A DNA stretch of 64,000 nucleotides from Spirochaetia bacterium (GCA_965226055.1 CBDDCA010000005.1:1-64000); one strand, 5' to 3'. Counted from the stretch's first letter, positions 10,451-21,974 are shown. Notes: generated by a model from the letters alone, not told the origin. Made by a program: numbers and translations.

Positions 10451-10545
10451 GTCTCACAACATAATATCCCTCTCTTTATTTTTTTTATATTCACAGTTAT
10501 TTATACTGTATATGATATAATTGTAGTATCCGATAATGAATCTCT

Positions 10546-11298
10546 ATGTCAAGAAAAGAATTTATACTACAACTTATACGCAGTAAGCACACAGTCAGTG
10601 TCGAAGAATTATATACTATATTAAAAGTATCTCATATCACTATTCGAAGAGATTTAAGGCAGCTTGAAGAAGAAGGCTTACTTTCACGAATACATGGCGG
10701 AGCCACTCTCCCTTTTGGAGACAACTCAGATGGAAGACACACCGAAATAAAAGAACAAAAGTACATACAGCAAAAAAAACGAATCGCAAGAAAAATAAAT
10801 GAAATAATAAACGATAATTCTACTATCTTTGTAAACGGAGGCAGTACCACTACTTGTTGTTTAGAAGAAATAAAAGCAAATAACCTTGATATCTTTACCA
10901 ATAACGCAGTAGCTATGTCAACAGTGTTGCCCAGTACTATGAGAGTACACTACCTAGGAGGAAGATTAGATCCAGTGTCAAAAGTATTCTATGGCGATGT
11001 CTCATTACAGATGATAGAAAACATAAGAGTAGATTACTGCATCTTAGGGGCAAATGGCATCACTATACAGGAAGGAGCTTCCTCATACTTTTATAACGAA
11101 GTCTTAATAAACAGTACTATGGTAAAAAACACAATAGGAAAAGTCATTTTCGTTATAGATAGCTCAAAGCCTAATATTACTTCAAATTATACATTCTGTC
11201 CAATAGAAGATATTGATATCATAGTTACTTCTATAGAAAGCCCTCAAAAATTTTGTGAACAAATAAAAAACATAGGAATAAAAATCTTTCAAGTGTAA
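10546..11298 (+). CDS. DeoR/GlpR-family regulator (UlaR-like)
   Basis: VSHITIRRDLRQLEEEGLLSRIHGGA HTH; IFVNGGSTT sensor motif; TGATATAAT extended -10 at 10513-10521. Confidence 0.9.
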   Translation: MSRKEFILQLIRSKHTVSVEELYTILKVSHITIRRDLRQLEEEGLLSRIHGGATLPFGDNSDGRHTEIKEQKYIQQKKRIARKINEIINDNSTIFVNGGSTTTCCLEEIKANNLDIFTNNAVAMSTVLPSTMRVHYLGGRLDPVSKVFYGDVSLQMIENIRVDYCILGANGITIQEGASSYFYNEVLINSTMVKNTIGKVIFVIDSSKPNITSNYTFCPIEDIDIIVTSIESPQKFCEQIKNIGIKIFQV

Positions 11299-11394
11299 TA
11301 TTACTGTATGAGAATCTTGTGTTTTGGGTATGATTGATTGATTTTTATTCTCCGTTGTTGCACTTAACACTTGAATTTGCAAATATATATTCAT

Positions 11395-12585
11395 TTAATT
11401 GAAAAACATATCATACAACTCTTTTTTATTTTGAAGAAAATCATCAACTCCATTTGCAATAATTAAATTCTTATCAGATGCTTTGGCATCAAAAATAGAT
11501 TGCTCTTTTCCTATAGTAATAAGAATCTTTCTACTATAGCCATTTTTTTTACATGCTTGTATGAGAAGATGTTTTGCCATTTCAAAAGTTTCACTCTTTC
11601 TCTGTACTTTTATAGGTATTGGCTTAAACGAATTATGTATTTTCAAAAACCCATCAATACCTTTATTTCTCCACACAGGAATACCATCTATCTTTGCTAA
11701 AATACTTAAAATATCTTTGTCTTGTGTTATATAAGATTCTTTCCCATTTTTTAGTAAATGAGATTCTGTCTTAATTGGATTTTTTAGTCTCGTTTCTGAA
11801 AGCTGAATAGCTTCTTTCGATATATCCACGCCTATGTATTTTCTTTTAAGGAGCTGAGATGCCACTAAAGTCGTACCACTGCCACAAAAAGGATCTAATA
11901 CTATATCTCCTTCATCTGTTGCAATTTTTATGATCTTTTCTAGCAACAAAATAGGCTTCTGTGTAGGATAGCCTACTCTTTCTTTTGCTTTTGGATTAAG
12001 ATAGGGAATTTCCCATACATTTGATAAAGGAACACCTTTCTTTTCATGTAGAAGTTCTATATGGCCATCTTCTTGTTTATACACAGTTTTACCATTCCTA
12101 TCCCTTATTCTTTTTTGAAATATTTGATCAAGGTTTGTAGTAGGAGAATAATCTGTATATATAGTATTAAACTTAAAATCTTTTGTTTTGCTATAAAAGA
12201 ATATAACTTGATGAGAGTTTAATAGCCCTTTCTTTGCATTTGACCATCGTTTATAACACCAAATTATTTCACTTTGGAAATTCTCATATCCAAACACTTC
12301 ATCAAGTACAATACGTAAATAATGTGATGCAGAATGATCACAATGTAAAAAAATACTCCCTGTATCTTTCAAAACAGCTTTACATAATTCCAATCTCTTT
12401 TTAATGTAGTGAGTATAAGATTCAAGATTATCCCATGTATCATTAAATGAATACTGAGCAGTACATTCTTTATTTTTAAGAGTATGTAGAGACTGAGTAA
12501 AAAATGGAGGATCAAGATATATTAAATCTATTGAGCAATCCTCTATCTTTTTTAACTCTATTAAACAATCTCCATGAATTAACAT
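11395..12585 (-). CDS. Site-specific DNA methyltransferase (N6-A/N4-C, beta-class order) with C-terminal extension
   Basis: Motif IV IYLDPPF precedes YPTQKP and motif I VLDPFCGSGTT. Confidence 0.92.
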   Translation of the reverse strand: MLIHGDCLIELKKIEDCSIDLIYLDPPFFTQSLHTLKNKECTAQYSFNDTWDNLESYTHYIKKRLELCKAVLKDTGSIFLHCDHSASHYLRIVLDEVFGYENFQSEIIWCYKRWSNAKKGLLNSHQVIFFYSKTKDFKFNTIYTDYSPTTNLDQIFQKRIRDRNGKTVYKQEDGHIELLHEKKGVPLSNVWEIPYLNPKAKERVGYPTQKPILLLEKIIKIATDEGDIVLDPFCGSGTTLVASQLLKRKYIGVDISKEAIQLSETRLKNPIKTESHLLKNGKESYITQDKDILSILAKIDGIPVWRNKGIDGFLKIHNSFKPIPIKVQRKSETFEMAKHLLIQACKKNGYSRKILITIGKEQSIFDAKASDKNLIIANGVDDFLQNKKELYDMFFN

Positions 12586-12739
12586 ACTGTTAGTATCTAC
12601 ACTTGTATCTTTACTTTCTTCTACTCATTTATCCTCTATTATTATATTGTATCATATATTACATATCTCCTCATTTGAAACTTCAACACAAATATTATAT
12701 ACTATAAATAAAGCTTGTAAAAATAATGAGAGGAAATAT

Positions 12740-14245
12740 ATGGAAAAAAATGGAGAAAAGAAATTAAATTCAAAAAAAAATCGTAGTAATACAACAATAA
12801 AAATAGCAAGTTACTCAGTACTCATACTCATTGCTGTCACTTTTATTGGAACACCTATTATTACAATTTTTAGTGGGCAACAAGGAGCAAATAATTACGG
12901 ATCATATGCAGGAAAAAATATTTATTATGATGCAGATAATTATTTTGGCAGAAGTGCACAGTCACAAGTAGATTTTTTACAGCAACGCTTTGGTAATCAA
13001 GGATTAAATGATTCTATCATACAGCTTGCAGTGAGAAACGCTTATACGCAAACAGTTGAAATGTATGCATTACTTGATATTGCAAATAAAGATGATTATT
13101 ATGTAAGTGAGAAAAAAATAAACAAAACAATCAGTGAATTTCCTGATCTTCAAACTGATGGTACATTTGATATTGAGCTCTATAAATCTATTCCTGCTAA
13201 TACACGAAAAAAAATAGTAGAAGTACAACAACAGGCTGAACTATCTTCTACCATCCGTGATGATTTACGTTCTGCTGAAATTGTTAGTAGCAAAGAACAA
13301 GAGTTTCTTACTCGTATCAACAACAATAAACGTACAGTAGAGTTTATTGTTTTTAACCAATCTGATGTACAGAATAAGAATATACTTAAAAAGTATGCAG
13401 AAGAAAACAAAGATTTATTTTCTCAATACGATTTTAAGTCTCTTACTGTTTCTGACGAAGAAGAAGCACGTACCATTAAGCAACGTATAGAAGATAATGA
13501 CAGCACTTTTGAAGAAGAAGTTGCAAGCTACTCTATTGATGATGGAAAAGAACAAGAAGGAGAACGAGGGCTTTTATATGCATATAAAATAGAAGAAGAT
13601 GAAAGTACAGAAGCACTACAAGCCATACAAGATTTACCAAACGATACAACAATAAGCGATATTATCCGTACAAATAGTGGTGATTTTGCTTTTTATATTC
13701 GAAATGGCGAAGAACAGAAACTAGATACAAATAACACAGAACAACTTGAAGCAGTACAAAACTACTTAAATACCTATGATCCTATATACTTAGAAGAGAA
13801 AATAATAGAAGAAGCAAAAGCCTTTATCAGTGAAACTAAATCTTCATCATTTACCGAAGCTGCAAACAATAATGACTATGATATACAAAATACTACAGCG
13901 TTTCCTCTTAATATTGATGATGTTGCCCTCTACGATAGCATAGAAGCTCCTGCAGAAGAGACAGAAGAATCTTTACAGTTACTCAATAAAGAAGATGCTA
14001 TACTGCAAGATATATTTGCACTCAAAGAAGGAGAAACTTCTACATATTATACGCTTGACAATAAAACCTACATTTTTCATATAGAGAGCATTATTGCTAA
14101 TGATGGAGAGTCAGTACCCGAAGAAAAAGACGTAAACAGAATTACTGCATTTATGAGAAATTATAAAACAGAACAAATACAAGATTTTGTTATTGATGAA
14201 AAAAAATGGGTAGATAATTTTGATACAGTAGTAAGTCAAAATTAA
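12740..14245 (+). CDS. PpiD/SurA-like membrane-anchored periplasmic chaperone
   Basis: GAGAGG RBS before ATG 12740; one N-terminal TM; SurA-N-like region (DGTFDIELY); parvulin-like FEEEVASYSID...GERG. Confidence 0.75.
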   Translation: MEKNGEKKLNSKKNRSNTTIKIASYSVLILIAVTFIGTPIITIFSGQQGANNYGSYAGKNIYYDADNYFGRSAQSQVDFLQQRFGNQGLNDSIIQLAVRNAYTQTVEMYALLDIANKDDYYVSEKKINKTISEFPDLQTDGTFDIELYKSIPANTRKKIVEVQQQAELSSTIRDDLRSAEIVSSKEQEFLTRINNNKRTVEFIVFNQSDVQNKNILKKYAEENKDLFSQYDFKSLTVSDEEEARTIKQRIEDNDSTFEEEVASYSIDDGKEQEGERGLLYAYKIEEDESTEALQAIQDLPNDTTISDIIRTNSGDFAFYIRNGEEQKLDTNNTEQLEAVQNYLNTYDPIYLEEKIIEEAKAFISETKSSSFTEAANNNDYDIQNTTAFPLNIDDVALYDSIEAPAEETEESLQLLNKEDAILQDIFALKEGETSTYYTLDNKTYIFHIESIIANDGESVPEEKDVNRITAFMRNYKTEQIQDFVIDEKKWVDNFDTVVSQN

Positions 14246-14411
14246 AGCATATATTTATATATAAAAAGAGTACATATACGATAATAACAATATCAATACT
14301 ATAAGATCTATTCTTACAGAATACGAGGCTCAAAAAGACAGAATTATTCGTCGCCTTCTTGCTCATAGCAAAAAAGTAAACGAGCATAGCGTTGTAATTA
14401 TTATATCTCCT

Positions 14412-15914
14412 TTGCTTGGTGACGGGTTAGAAACATTTAAGAAACATATTCCAGCCTCATCCCCTATTATACTGCTTGAGTTTGATACCGCTTTACTTGA
14501 ACATTGCAAAAAAAAATCATCTATCCTTCATACATTTCATTGCTGTAGTAATGAACAACAGCTACAACAGCACATTGAACATCTTAGTGAAACATTTGCA
14601 TTAAAAGAACAATACAGTATTTACTATCATAAACATGCATACCAATACTCAGAGAAAATCAATACAATAGAACATATATGTAAAAAAATAATACTACAAT
14701 ATTGGTCAAATCAAGCAACATTAAAGAAAATGGGATACCTATGGTTACGAAACAGCTGGAAAAACATAGCGTTTAACACCATACAATCAGTATCAGATAT
14801 CACACATAAACAAGAACTACAAAATCTTGATGTAGTCATTACAGGAGCAGGGCCATCACTAGACAGAAAGCATTTAACATATCTTAAGAAAATGCAAACA
14901 CAGCTATGTATCATTACAGTAGACAGTGCCCTTCCTACCTTACAATCATATAATATTGTTCCTGATTTCTGTATAATACTAGAAAGCCAATGGTACAATA
15001 TGTTTGATTTTCTGCCGAAACCTCATGCAAAAACAATAGCTATCGCTGACACAAGTGCATATCCCCCCAGTATACAATCTTTTTCTCACAAATATTTTGT
15101 AACTACCCATTTTGCTCCCTTATCCTTCTTTACACATTATAACAAAGCATTACCAATGAATATACCAGCCTTAGGATCAGTAGGGCTCTTATCAGTATAT
15201 ATAGCGTTTTTGCTCTCCTTTAAGCGTATATATCTTATTGGCATGGATTTTTCCTACTATCTTGGAAAAACACACTCAATAAATAGTGCTTCTTATATAC
15301 GCTGGCTTACACAACACAGTAAAACAAAACAATCAGATACATTACATACACAATTAAACAATCCTTCCTTAAGAAAAATAAGTAGCTCTGTGCCATATCG
15401 CTTTAATGATGCAGTATTACAACGATATACCCACAACCTTAATTCTCTTATGTATAGTTTAACAAAGCAATATGCAATTCCTATATTTGACTTAAATCAT
15501 ACATACAGTATGCTCAACACTGTAAAAAAAATTACCCTAAAAGAGTTTGATACAGATATTCACAATAATAAAGCAAACAAAAACAAAGAACTATATCTTA
15601 ATACTCTAAGAAAACAAGATAGTACTGCACCACAAAGTACTATCATAAAAAACATACTTTCTCGCGAATACAAAAAATACCACTATTTACAGAAAAGAAT
15701 ACAAGAGTTACAAAAACAACATGCTCTTCCTACACAAGACGACTGGCATACACATGGACTTGATATGTGTACATATTCACTTTTCTTTAATACATATCAA
15801 CTCCGCCACTCTTTTCACTATTGGGATACTCATGCAATATACACTCATATTTCAATAATGATACATCGTGCATTATATGATTTAGAAAAAATTATAAAAA
15901 GCACCAATATATAA
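14412..15914 (+). CDS. Motility-associated factor (Maf)/MptE-like DUF115 protein
   Basis: VITGAGPSL, VDSAL, IVPDF..LES, GSVG, LIGMDFSY motifs. True start is probably upstream (frame open from 14265). Confidence 0.8.
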   Translation: MLGDGLETFKKHIPASSPIILLEFDTALLEHCKKKSSILHTFHCCSNEQQLQQHIEHLSETFALKEQYSIYYHKHAYQYSEKINTIEHICKKIILQYWSNQATLKKMGYLWLRNSWKNIAFNTIQSVSDITHKQELQNLDVVITGAGPSLDRKHLTYLKKMQTQLCIITVDSALPTLQSYNIVPDFCIILESQWYNMFDFLPKPHAKTIAIADTSAYPPSIQSFSHKYFVTTHFAPLSFFTHYNKALPMNIPALGSVGLLSVYIAFLLSFKRIYLIGMDFSYYLGKTHSINSASYIRWLTQHSKTKQSDTLHTQLNNPSLRKISSSVPYRFNDAVLQRYTHNLNSLMYSLTKQYAIPIFDLNHTYSMLNTVKKITLKEFDTDIHNNKANKNKELYLNTLRKQDSTAPQSTIIKNILSREYKKYHYLQKRIQELQKQHALPTQDDWHTHGLDMCTYSLFFNTYQLRHSFHYWDTHAIYTHISIMIHRALYDLEKIIKSTNI

Positions 15915-15917
15915 CTG

Positions 15918-17729
15918 TTACTTTGTTTTATTATCTCCACTTTTCAATACAGAAAGAAAAATACGCTGTGGAAGATCAACATTACCTACCGACTTAAGAC
16001 GTTTCTTTCCTTCTTTCTGTTTTTGTAATAACTTACGCTTACGGGTAATATCTCCTCCATAACACTTTGCTGTTACATCTTTGCGGTATGCCGAAATAGT
16101 TTCTCGGGCTACTACCTTTGCCCCTATTACTCCTTGAATAGCAACCTGAAACTGATGACGAGGAATTTCCTCTTTTAATTTCTTACAAATAATACGTGCT
16201 CTTCGCTCAGCATTTCCTTTATATATAAGTTGTGAAAAAGCATCCACTTTTTCTCCATTTAACTGTATATCTAACTTTGCAAGCTGTACTGGCTTATACC
16301 CCGATAATTCATAATCAAAAGAAGCGTATCCTTTACTTGCTGATTTTAATAAATCATAAAATTCATACAAAATTTCAGCAAGTGGAATAGAATACTCCAC
16401 CTCTATTCTACGCTTATCAAGATAATTAAGCTGATTTTGAATCCCTCTTTTTTCACTACACAAAGAAAGAACATTTCCAATATATTCATTTGGGCATATA
16501 ATCTTTGCAATAATATAAGGCTCATAGCACTGTGCTATATTTTCCTGTTTAGGAAAATATTCTGGTTGCGAAACTTCTATATTGCTCCCTTCTTTTGTAT
16601 CAATTTTATATTTTACTGTTGGAATTGTTTGAATAATAGAAAGCCCAAATTCTCTCTCTAAGCGCTCTTGAATAATTTCTAAATGTAATAAACCTAAATA
16701 CCCACAACGAAACCCAGTTCCTAAGGCAGCTGAGCTATCTTTTTCAAATACTAACGATGCATCATTAAGAGAAAGTTTTTCAATAGATTTCTCAAGCTCT
16801 TCAAGATCTTGAGAATCAATAGGAAACACAGAAGAAAAAACATATGGTTGCACTTCTTTATATCCTGCAAGAGGAGCATCACAGGGATGTAATGCATCTG
16901 TAATAGTATCTCCTACCCTTACATCACTTATTTTTTTGATATTTGCACTAATAAAGCCAATTTCACCAGTAAAAAGCTCTTTTGTTTGATGCATATGTAT
17001 GACAAAATGTCCTACTGTCTCAATCTTATATTCTGCCTTTGACACCATAGAGATAATAGTATCGCCTACTTTAATACTTCCTTCCACAATACGTACATGC
17101 AAAATAACCCCTAAATATGCATTATAATGACTATCGAAAACCTGTGCCTTTAATGGTTTCCTGTTGCTCCCTTTTGGTGCAGGAATTTGTGTAGGGATAC
17201 TATCAAACAAAGTATCTATTCCTATCCCTTGTTTTGCAGAAATAGCAATTATATTGCTCTTATCAAGTCCTAATTCATGTTCAATTTGATTACTTACCAT
17301 ATCAATATCTGCAGCAGGTAAATCTATTTTATTTATCACTGGAATAATGGTAAGCTCATGCTCCAATGCAATATAAAAATTACTAAGAGTCTGTGCTTCT
17401 ACTCCCTGAGTAGCATCTACTAATAATATAGCTCCTTCACAAGATGATATAGCTCGTGAGACCTCATAACTAAAATCAACATGGCCTGGAGTATCTACAA
17501 GATTAAAGTAAAACATTTCATCTTCAAACTGATGTGTGAAATGTACCGCCTGTGATTTTATAGTGATACCCCGCTCTTGCTCAATATCCATTGAATCAAG
17601 CATTTGCTCATGAAAAAGTCTCTCTTCTATAATTTTTGCTTTCTGTAAGAACCTATCAGCCAATGTGGATTTTCCATGATCTATATGAGCAATAATACAA
17701 AAATTTCTAATATATTCAACCTGTATCAC
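15918..17729 (-). CDS. lepA: Elongation factor 4
   Basis: IRNFCIIAHIDHGKSTLADR, DTPGHVDF, NKID, KDVTAKCYGGDITRKRKLL. Confidence 0.98.
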   Translation of the reverse strand: MIQVEYIRNFCIIAHIDHGKSTLADRFLQKAKIIEERLFHEQMLDSMDIEQERGITIKSQAVHFTHQFEDEMFYFNLVDTPGHVDFSYEVSRAISSCEGAILLVDATQGVEAQTLSNFYIALEHELTIIPVINKIDLPAADIDMVSNQIEHELGLDKSNIIAISAKQGIGIDTLFDSIPTQIPAPKGSNRKPLKAQVFDSHYNAYLGVILHVRIVEGSIKVGDTIISMVSKAEYKIETVGHFVIHMHQTKELFTGEIGFISANIKKISDVRVGDTITDALHPCDAPLAGYKEVQPYVFSSVFPIDSQDLEELEKSIEKLSLNDASLVFEKDSSAALGTGFRCGYLGLLHLEIIQERLEREFGLSIIQTIPTVKYKIDTKEGSNIEVSQPEYFPKQENIAQCYEPYIIAKIICPNEYIGNVLSLCSEKRGIQNQLNYLDKRRIEVEYSIPLAEILYEFYDLLKSASKGYASFDYELSGYKPVQLAKLDIQLNGEKVDAFSQLIYKGNAERRARIICKKLKEEIPRHQFQVAIQGVIGAKVVARETISAYRKDVTAKCYGGDITRKRKLLQKQKEGKKRLKSVGNVDLPQRIFLSVLKSGDNKTK

Positions 17730-17836
17730 TAATATACCTTCCTCTCAACATACATTTCTCTCCATATATATTATATACTATACTTGTATGACTATAATAC
17801 TATAATAAAGTATAAAGATAATAATAAAAATACTTC

Positions 17837-19744
17837 TTAAATAAAATTATGAGTATTAAGTGGCAATGATACCTGAATACCTTCGGTAAGAAAACCTCTT
17901 TCTCTTTGCAAGATATTAAGAACAAGCACTAAAGATCTTGTCCCTCGTTGTTCTTGCACATACAATACAGTAATAATATCCCCTTTTACTAAGCCTAAAA
18001 ACTGTGCATAACTCTCTTCATATACTTCCTGTACTCTATAGCTTGGCCTTGATCCATACTTTGTAACTTCTATGCTTGCCCCCATAAGTACAGGAAATAT
18101 TTTATACACAGCAGAATTAAGAATAAATACTGAAAATGGATTTTCCTCTCTCTCTGCAGTATATGTATTTACTAACAATGTGGTATCATCACGTTTAATT
18201 TGTAAATTTTGTAGCATATTGTGTGGCACACTTAAAAATTGTTCCTGCACCTTATTTATTCTGTTTATATGTACCCCATTTATACCAACAATAATATCCC
18301 CAATCTGTATATTAGATTTCTCAGCAGGAGAATTTGGTACTATATATAATACTTTTAATCCTTCATCAACCTTTACCGTTCCAACACCTATCCAGCTATG
18401 TTCAATTTTTTCTCGTCTAAACATATCAGGGAGCACAGCATCTACCATTGCAGAAGGAATAACAAAATTAAGATTTTCAAAATTCTGCAATTTACTATAC
18501 ACAACACCAATCAACTGATTTTCTTTATTTAAGAGCGGCCCCCCCGAATTACCTGGATTGACTGATGCATCAATTTGTAGTACTCCCCCTACATCAAGTA
18601 AGCGTCTATCTTTTGCAGAAATAATACCCGAACTAACAGTATTCGTAAGACCTAAAGGGCTTCCTATAGCAAGAACAGAATCACCCTGATTTACCTGATC
18701 TACAGAGATAGGAATAACATACTTTGGCTTATATGCTATTTTAATAAGGGCAATATCTAATAATGGATCATAACTTATCACTTGTGCCAATCTTGATTTT
18801 GTATCATCTTGCTGCAATTTTACCGATAATTCAGATTTACCTTCATATGTAGGATCAACTTCACTTTGAATTACATGATAGTTAGTAAGAGCATGCCCCT
18901 CATACGATATAAAAAAAGCACTTCCTACTTCAACTAAAAGCTGAGGACCTTGTTCAGTAATAGTTACTCCTTTATCGATATTTACAAGAAATGTACTCTC
19001 AACAAGCTGTTCAATAGAATTAGGAGTATTTTCTTTGATACAAGGATTAACAGAAACAGTCTCATCTTTTTTCACATCTCCACTAGAGCTCATAGTGTTA
19101 AAATAATTGACAATACGTTCATCTCCACAAAACAAAGACAGTGCAGCAATATCAGGAAGCATAGATAAAGAAGTAAAGAGGTACTCTAACACATCAGAAC
19201 GATAAAACACTTCTGCATAGTTAGCATACACAGTTTCAGCTACTCTATTAAAATAAGGATACTGTTTTTTTTCTCCAGCATTCAATAACAAATGATAATA
19301 CACATTTTCAATCGTATCACTATCAAGCGTGGTATGCTCCTCCAGATACTTAAGATTTTCATAATGCAGTAATGCCTCCGAATACTGCTTTTGTTGTATA
19401 GCTTGATCAAAAGAATAGCGAAGCGTTTCTACTGATTTAGTATATAAGGCCTTCTTTTGTTGCGTGTTAATAGCTGAATTATCATGTAATTTTTCAATCA
19501 ACGCAAAGCTTGCGATTGTATTTTCTTCAATAACATTTTCTACTACCTCCGTAATATCCTGTGTATTATAATCTTTAAGCATGACTTCCACATAGGGCTT
19601 TTCTGGTATTTCTTTCTCGCTGTAGCTAGTACAAGATACATAAGACAGCCCTATGATAATAAGGACACAGTACGAGATAAGACGTACAAAAGGAAGAGAA
19701 ATACTACGATACAACTGACGGAGGAGTAATGTTTGGATTTCCAT
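17837..19744 (-). CDS. HtrA/DegP-like trypsin serine protease with PDZ domain, probable lipoprotein
   Basis: LTNYHVI, DIALIK, VNPGNSGGPL triad; PDZ VPNSPAEKSNIQIGDII; lipobox-like LSYVSC. Start placed at ATG 19744 because the longer ORF overlaps ftsH. Confidence 0.88.
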   Translation of the reverse strand: MEIQTLLLRQLYRSISLPFVRLISYCVLIIIGLSYVSCTSYSEKEIPEKPYVEVMLKDYNTQDITEVVENVIEENTIASFALIEKLHDNSAINTQQKKALYTKSVETLRYSFDQAIQQKQYSEALLHYENLKYLEEHTTLDSDTIENVYYHLLLNAGEKKQYPYFNRVAETVYANYAEVFYRSDVLEYLFTSLSMLPDIAALSLFCGDERIVNYFNTMSSSGDVKKDETVSVNPCIKENTPNSIEQLVESTFLVNIDKGVTITEQGPQLLVEVGSAFFISYEGHALTNYHVIQSEVDPTYEGKSELSVKLQQDDTKSRLAQVISYDPLLDIALIKIAYKPKYVIPISVDQVNQGDSVLAIGSPLGLTNTVSSGIISAKDRRLLDVGGVLQIDASVNPGNSGGPLLNKENQLIGVVYSKLQNFENLNFVIPSAMVDAVLPDMFRREKIEHSWIGVGTVKVDEGLKVLYIVPNSPAEKSNIQIGDIIVGINGVHINRINKVQEQFLSVPHNMLQNLQIKRDDTTLLVNTYTAEREENPFSVFILNSAVYKIFPVLMGASIEVTKYGSRPSYRVQEVYEESYAQFLGLVKGDIITVLYVQEQRGTRSLVLVLNILQRERGFLTEGIQVSLPLNTHNFI

Positions 19745-21941
19745 ATTGAGTATTTTCATCCTTATGATCTTTATGATCCTTCGTTGAAGCATCATTATGT
19801 GTAGACGAAACAGTATTTCCTGAATAAGTATCATTTTCCTTATCATTACTGTATTCTGTATTTTCTTTTGATGTATCATCCTTTGATTGCTTCAGAGGAA
19901 TATCAACAATAGAATGTACCTGCTCCCCTAATAATGTTTCATGTTTCATCAATTCTAAAGTCAGTAACTCTAGCTTATCTTTATGCTTAGTAAGTAGACG
20001 ATCTGCTCTATCATACCCTTTCTTCAAGATATTCTTTATAGAGTTATCGATAGAATTAATAGTTCCATCACTAAAATTAGGAGTATGATTTATATCAAAA
20101 GGAAACACTGTATTTTTATTGCCATCACTGTAAGAAATAGGTCCTAACTCACTCATACCCCAATCTTTCACCATTTTCGTTGCAATTTGTGTCGCTTGCT
20201 GTAAATCATTCTCAACACCAGTCGATGTCTCTTTGTAATACATAGTCTCAGCAATATAGCCCCCATAACATAATGCTATCCTGTCTATAAGGTACGATTT
20301 ATTTGCTCCGTACATATCACTTTCAGGAAGTGAAAATGCTACTCCTAACGCACGACCACGCGGGATAATGGTTACTTTATGCAAAGGATCAGCATGATCC
20401 AACAAAAGATGTAATATTGCATGCCCTGATTCATGGCGAGCAGTACGCAGCTTCTCTTCGGGACTAATAATTTTACTTTTACGAGCAGCTCCCATAAGAA
20501 TCTTATCTCGTGCTTCTTCACAATCTTCAAGCTCCACCATATCTTTGCCTCTTCGTGCTGCGAATAGAGCGGCTTCATTTATCAAGTTAGCAAGATCTGC
20601 CCCAGAACATCCTACCGTAGCACGTGCTAACTGAGAAAAATCTACACTATCACTTACGCTCACATTTTTTGAATGAATTTTAAGAATTTTTTCCCGTTCC
20701 TGTAAATCAGGCATATCTACTACTACTTGTCTATCAAAACGTCCAGGGCGTAATAATGCTTTGTCTAAAATATCTTGTCTATTAGTAGCGGCTAATACAA
20801 TAATTCTATCTCTAATTTCAAACCCATCCATTTCTACAAGCAGCTGATTGAGCGTTTGTTCTCTTTCGTCATTTACTCCACCACTATACCCCGATGAACG
20901 CGAACGACCAACAGCATCAAGCTCATCAATAAAAATAAGACAAGGAGAATTCTTTCTTCCTTGTTCAAAAAGCTCCCTCACTCTTCCTGCCCCAACTCCA
21001 GCAAACATCTCTACAAAATCAGATCCTGACATATAGAAAAAACTAACATTAGCTTCTCCTGCACAGGCTCGTGCAAGCAATGTTTTTCCTGTACCGGGAT
21101 TTCCTACCAATAGAACACCACGTGGAATTCTTGCTCCAATCTTTTGAAACTTTTCAGGATTTTTTAGAAATTCCACCACCTCTTTCAGTTCATATTTTGC
21201 TTCTTCTTGTCCAGCAACATCACTAAAAAGCACTTTCTTATCATTATTTTGAACATAGGAACGCACCTTTCCTCTTACAAAAGGCATGCCTCCTCCACTA
21301 CTAAAACCACGGAGACTTCTCAATAAATAAAATATAAACAATAAGCTGACTGCCCAAGGCAGAATAGTTGAAAATATTTGCAACAACGAAACAGGCTTAT
21401 TAGCGCCCTTAAAAATAACATTTGCCTCATTGAGCCGTTGAAGCAACGTGCTATCAGTATACGGAATTTTTACTGAAAAATACGCCTCTGTATCACGAAG
21501 CTGCCCTTGAATTTCTTTCTCTTCTATAATTGTTACAGACGAAATATTACCAGCATCAAGAAATTGTAAAAACTGCGAGTAACTTATTTCTTGTCTTGAA
21601 ACAGAAAAAGTATTATTGTATACCATGTATACCATAATGATCACTCCTGCCAATATCATTAAAAGAAATGTATTTGAGCGAGGTGTCTTATTTGTTTTTC
21701 TATTTGGGTCCCTACCGACATTGTTTTGGTTATTATAATTATTACCATTAGAATGGGTATTTTCTGTATTTGTATTATTCTGCGCCTCTTTTGTTTCATG
21801 CTCTTCTTTATTATTGCTTTGTGCATCTTGCTGATACGCAGATTCTTTTTCTTTACTATCTAAATCTTCGGGAAACTGAAATAGCCCTCCATTAAGAAAA
21901 AAAGTATTAAAAAAGCTACTATAACTATGTTTTTTCATCAT
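19704..21941 (-). CDS. ftsH: ATP-dependent zinc metalloprotease FtsH
   Basis: Two TMs, [31 protein letters not shown] zinc motif. Confidence 0.97.
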   Translation of the reverse strand: MMKKHSYSSFFNTFFLNGGLFQFPEDLDSKEKESAYQQDAQSNNKEEHETKEAQNNTNTENTHSNGNNYNNQNNVGRDPNRKTNKTPRSNTFLLMILAGVIIMVYMVYNNTFSVSRQEISYSQFLQFLDAGNISSVTIIEEKEIQGQLRDTEAYFSVKIPYTDSTLLQRLNEANVIFKGANKPVSLLQIFSTILPWAVSLLFIFYLLRSLRGFSSGGGMPFVRGKVRSYVQNNDKKVLFSDVAGQEEAKYELKEVVEFLKNPEKFQKIGARIPRGVLLVGNPGTGKTLLARACAGEANVSFFYMSGSDFVEMFAGVGAGRVRELFEQGRKNSPCLIFIDELDAVGRSRSSGYSGGVNDEREQTLNQLLVEMDGFEIRDRIIVLAATNRQDILDKALLRPGRFDRQVVVDMPDLQEREKILKIHSKNVSVSDSVDFSQLARATVGCSGADLANLINEAALFAARRGKDMVELEDCEEARDKILMGAARKSKIISPEEKLRTARHESGHAILHLLLDHADPLHKVTIIPRGRALGVAFSLPESDMYGANKSYLIDRIALCYGGYIAETMYYKETSTGVENDLQQATQIATKMVKDWGMSELGPISYSDGNKNTVFPFDINHTPNFSDGTINSIDNSIKNILKKGYDRADRLLTKHKDKLELLTLELMKHETLLGEQVHSIVDIPLKQSKDDTSKENTEYSNDKENDTYSGNTVSSTHNDASTKDHKDHKDENTQYGNPNITPPSVVS

Positions 21942-21974
21942 AACTAATCCTCATTTATTCTTACTATAAGTGTG

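Noticed and set aside
11182-11394. 70-aa ORF right after the first MTase as a cognate endonuclease
   Set aside because: No PD-(D/E)xK, HNH or zinc motif recognised, and more than half overlaps the DeoR gene antisense.
19745-19879. N-terminal 45 aa of the 680-aa protease ORF
   Set aside because: Overlaps the ftsH 3' end in another frame; the signal/lipobox region fits a start near 19744.
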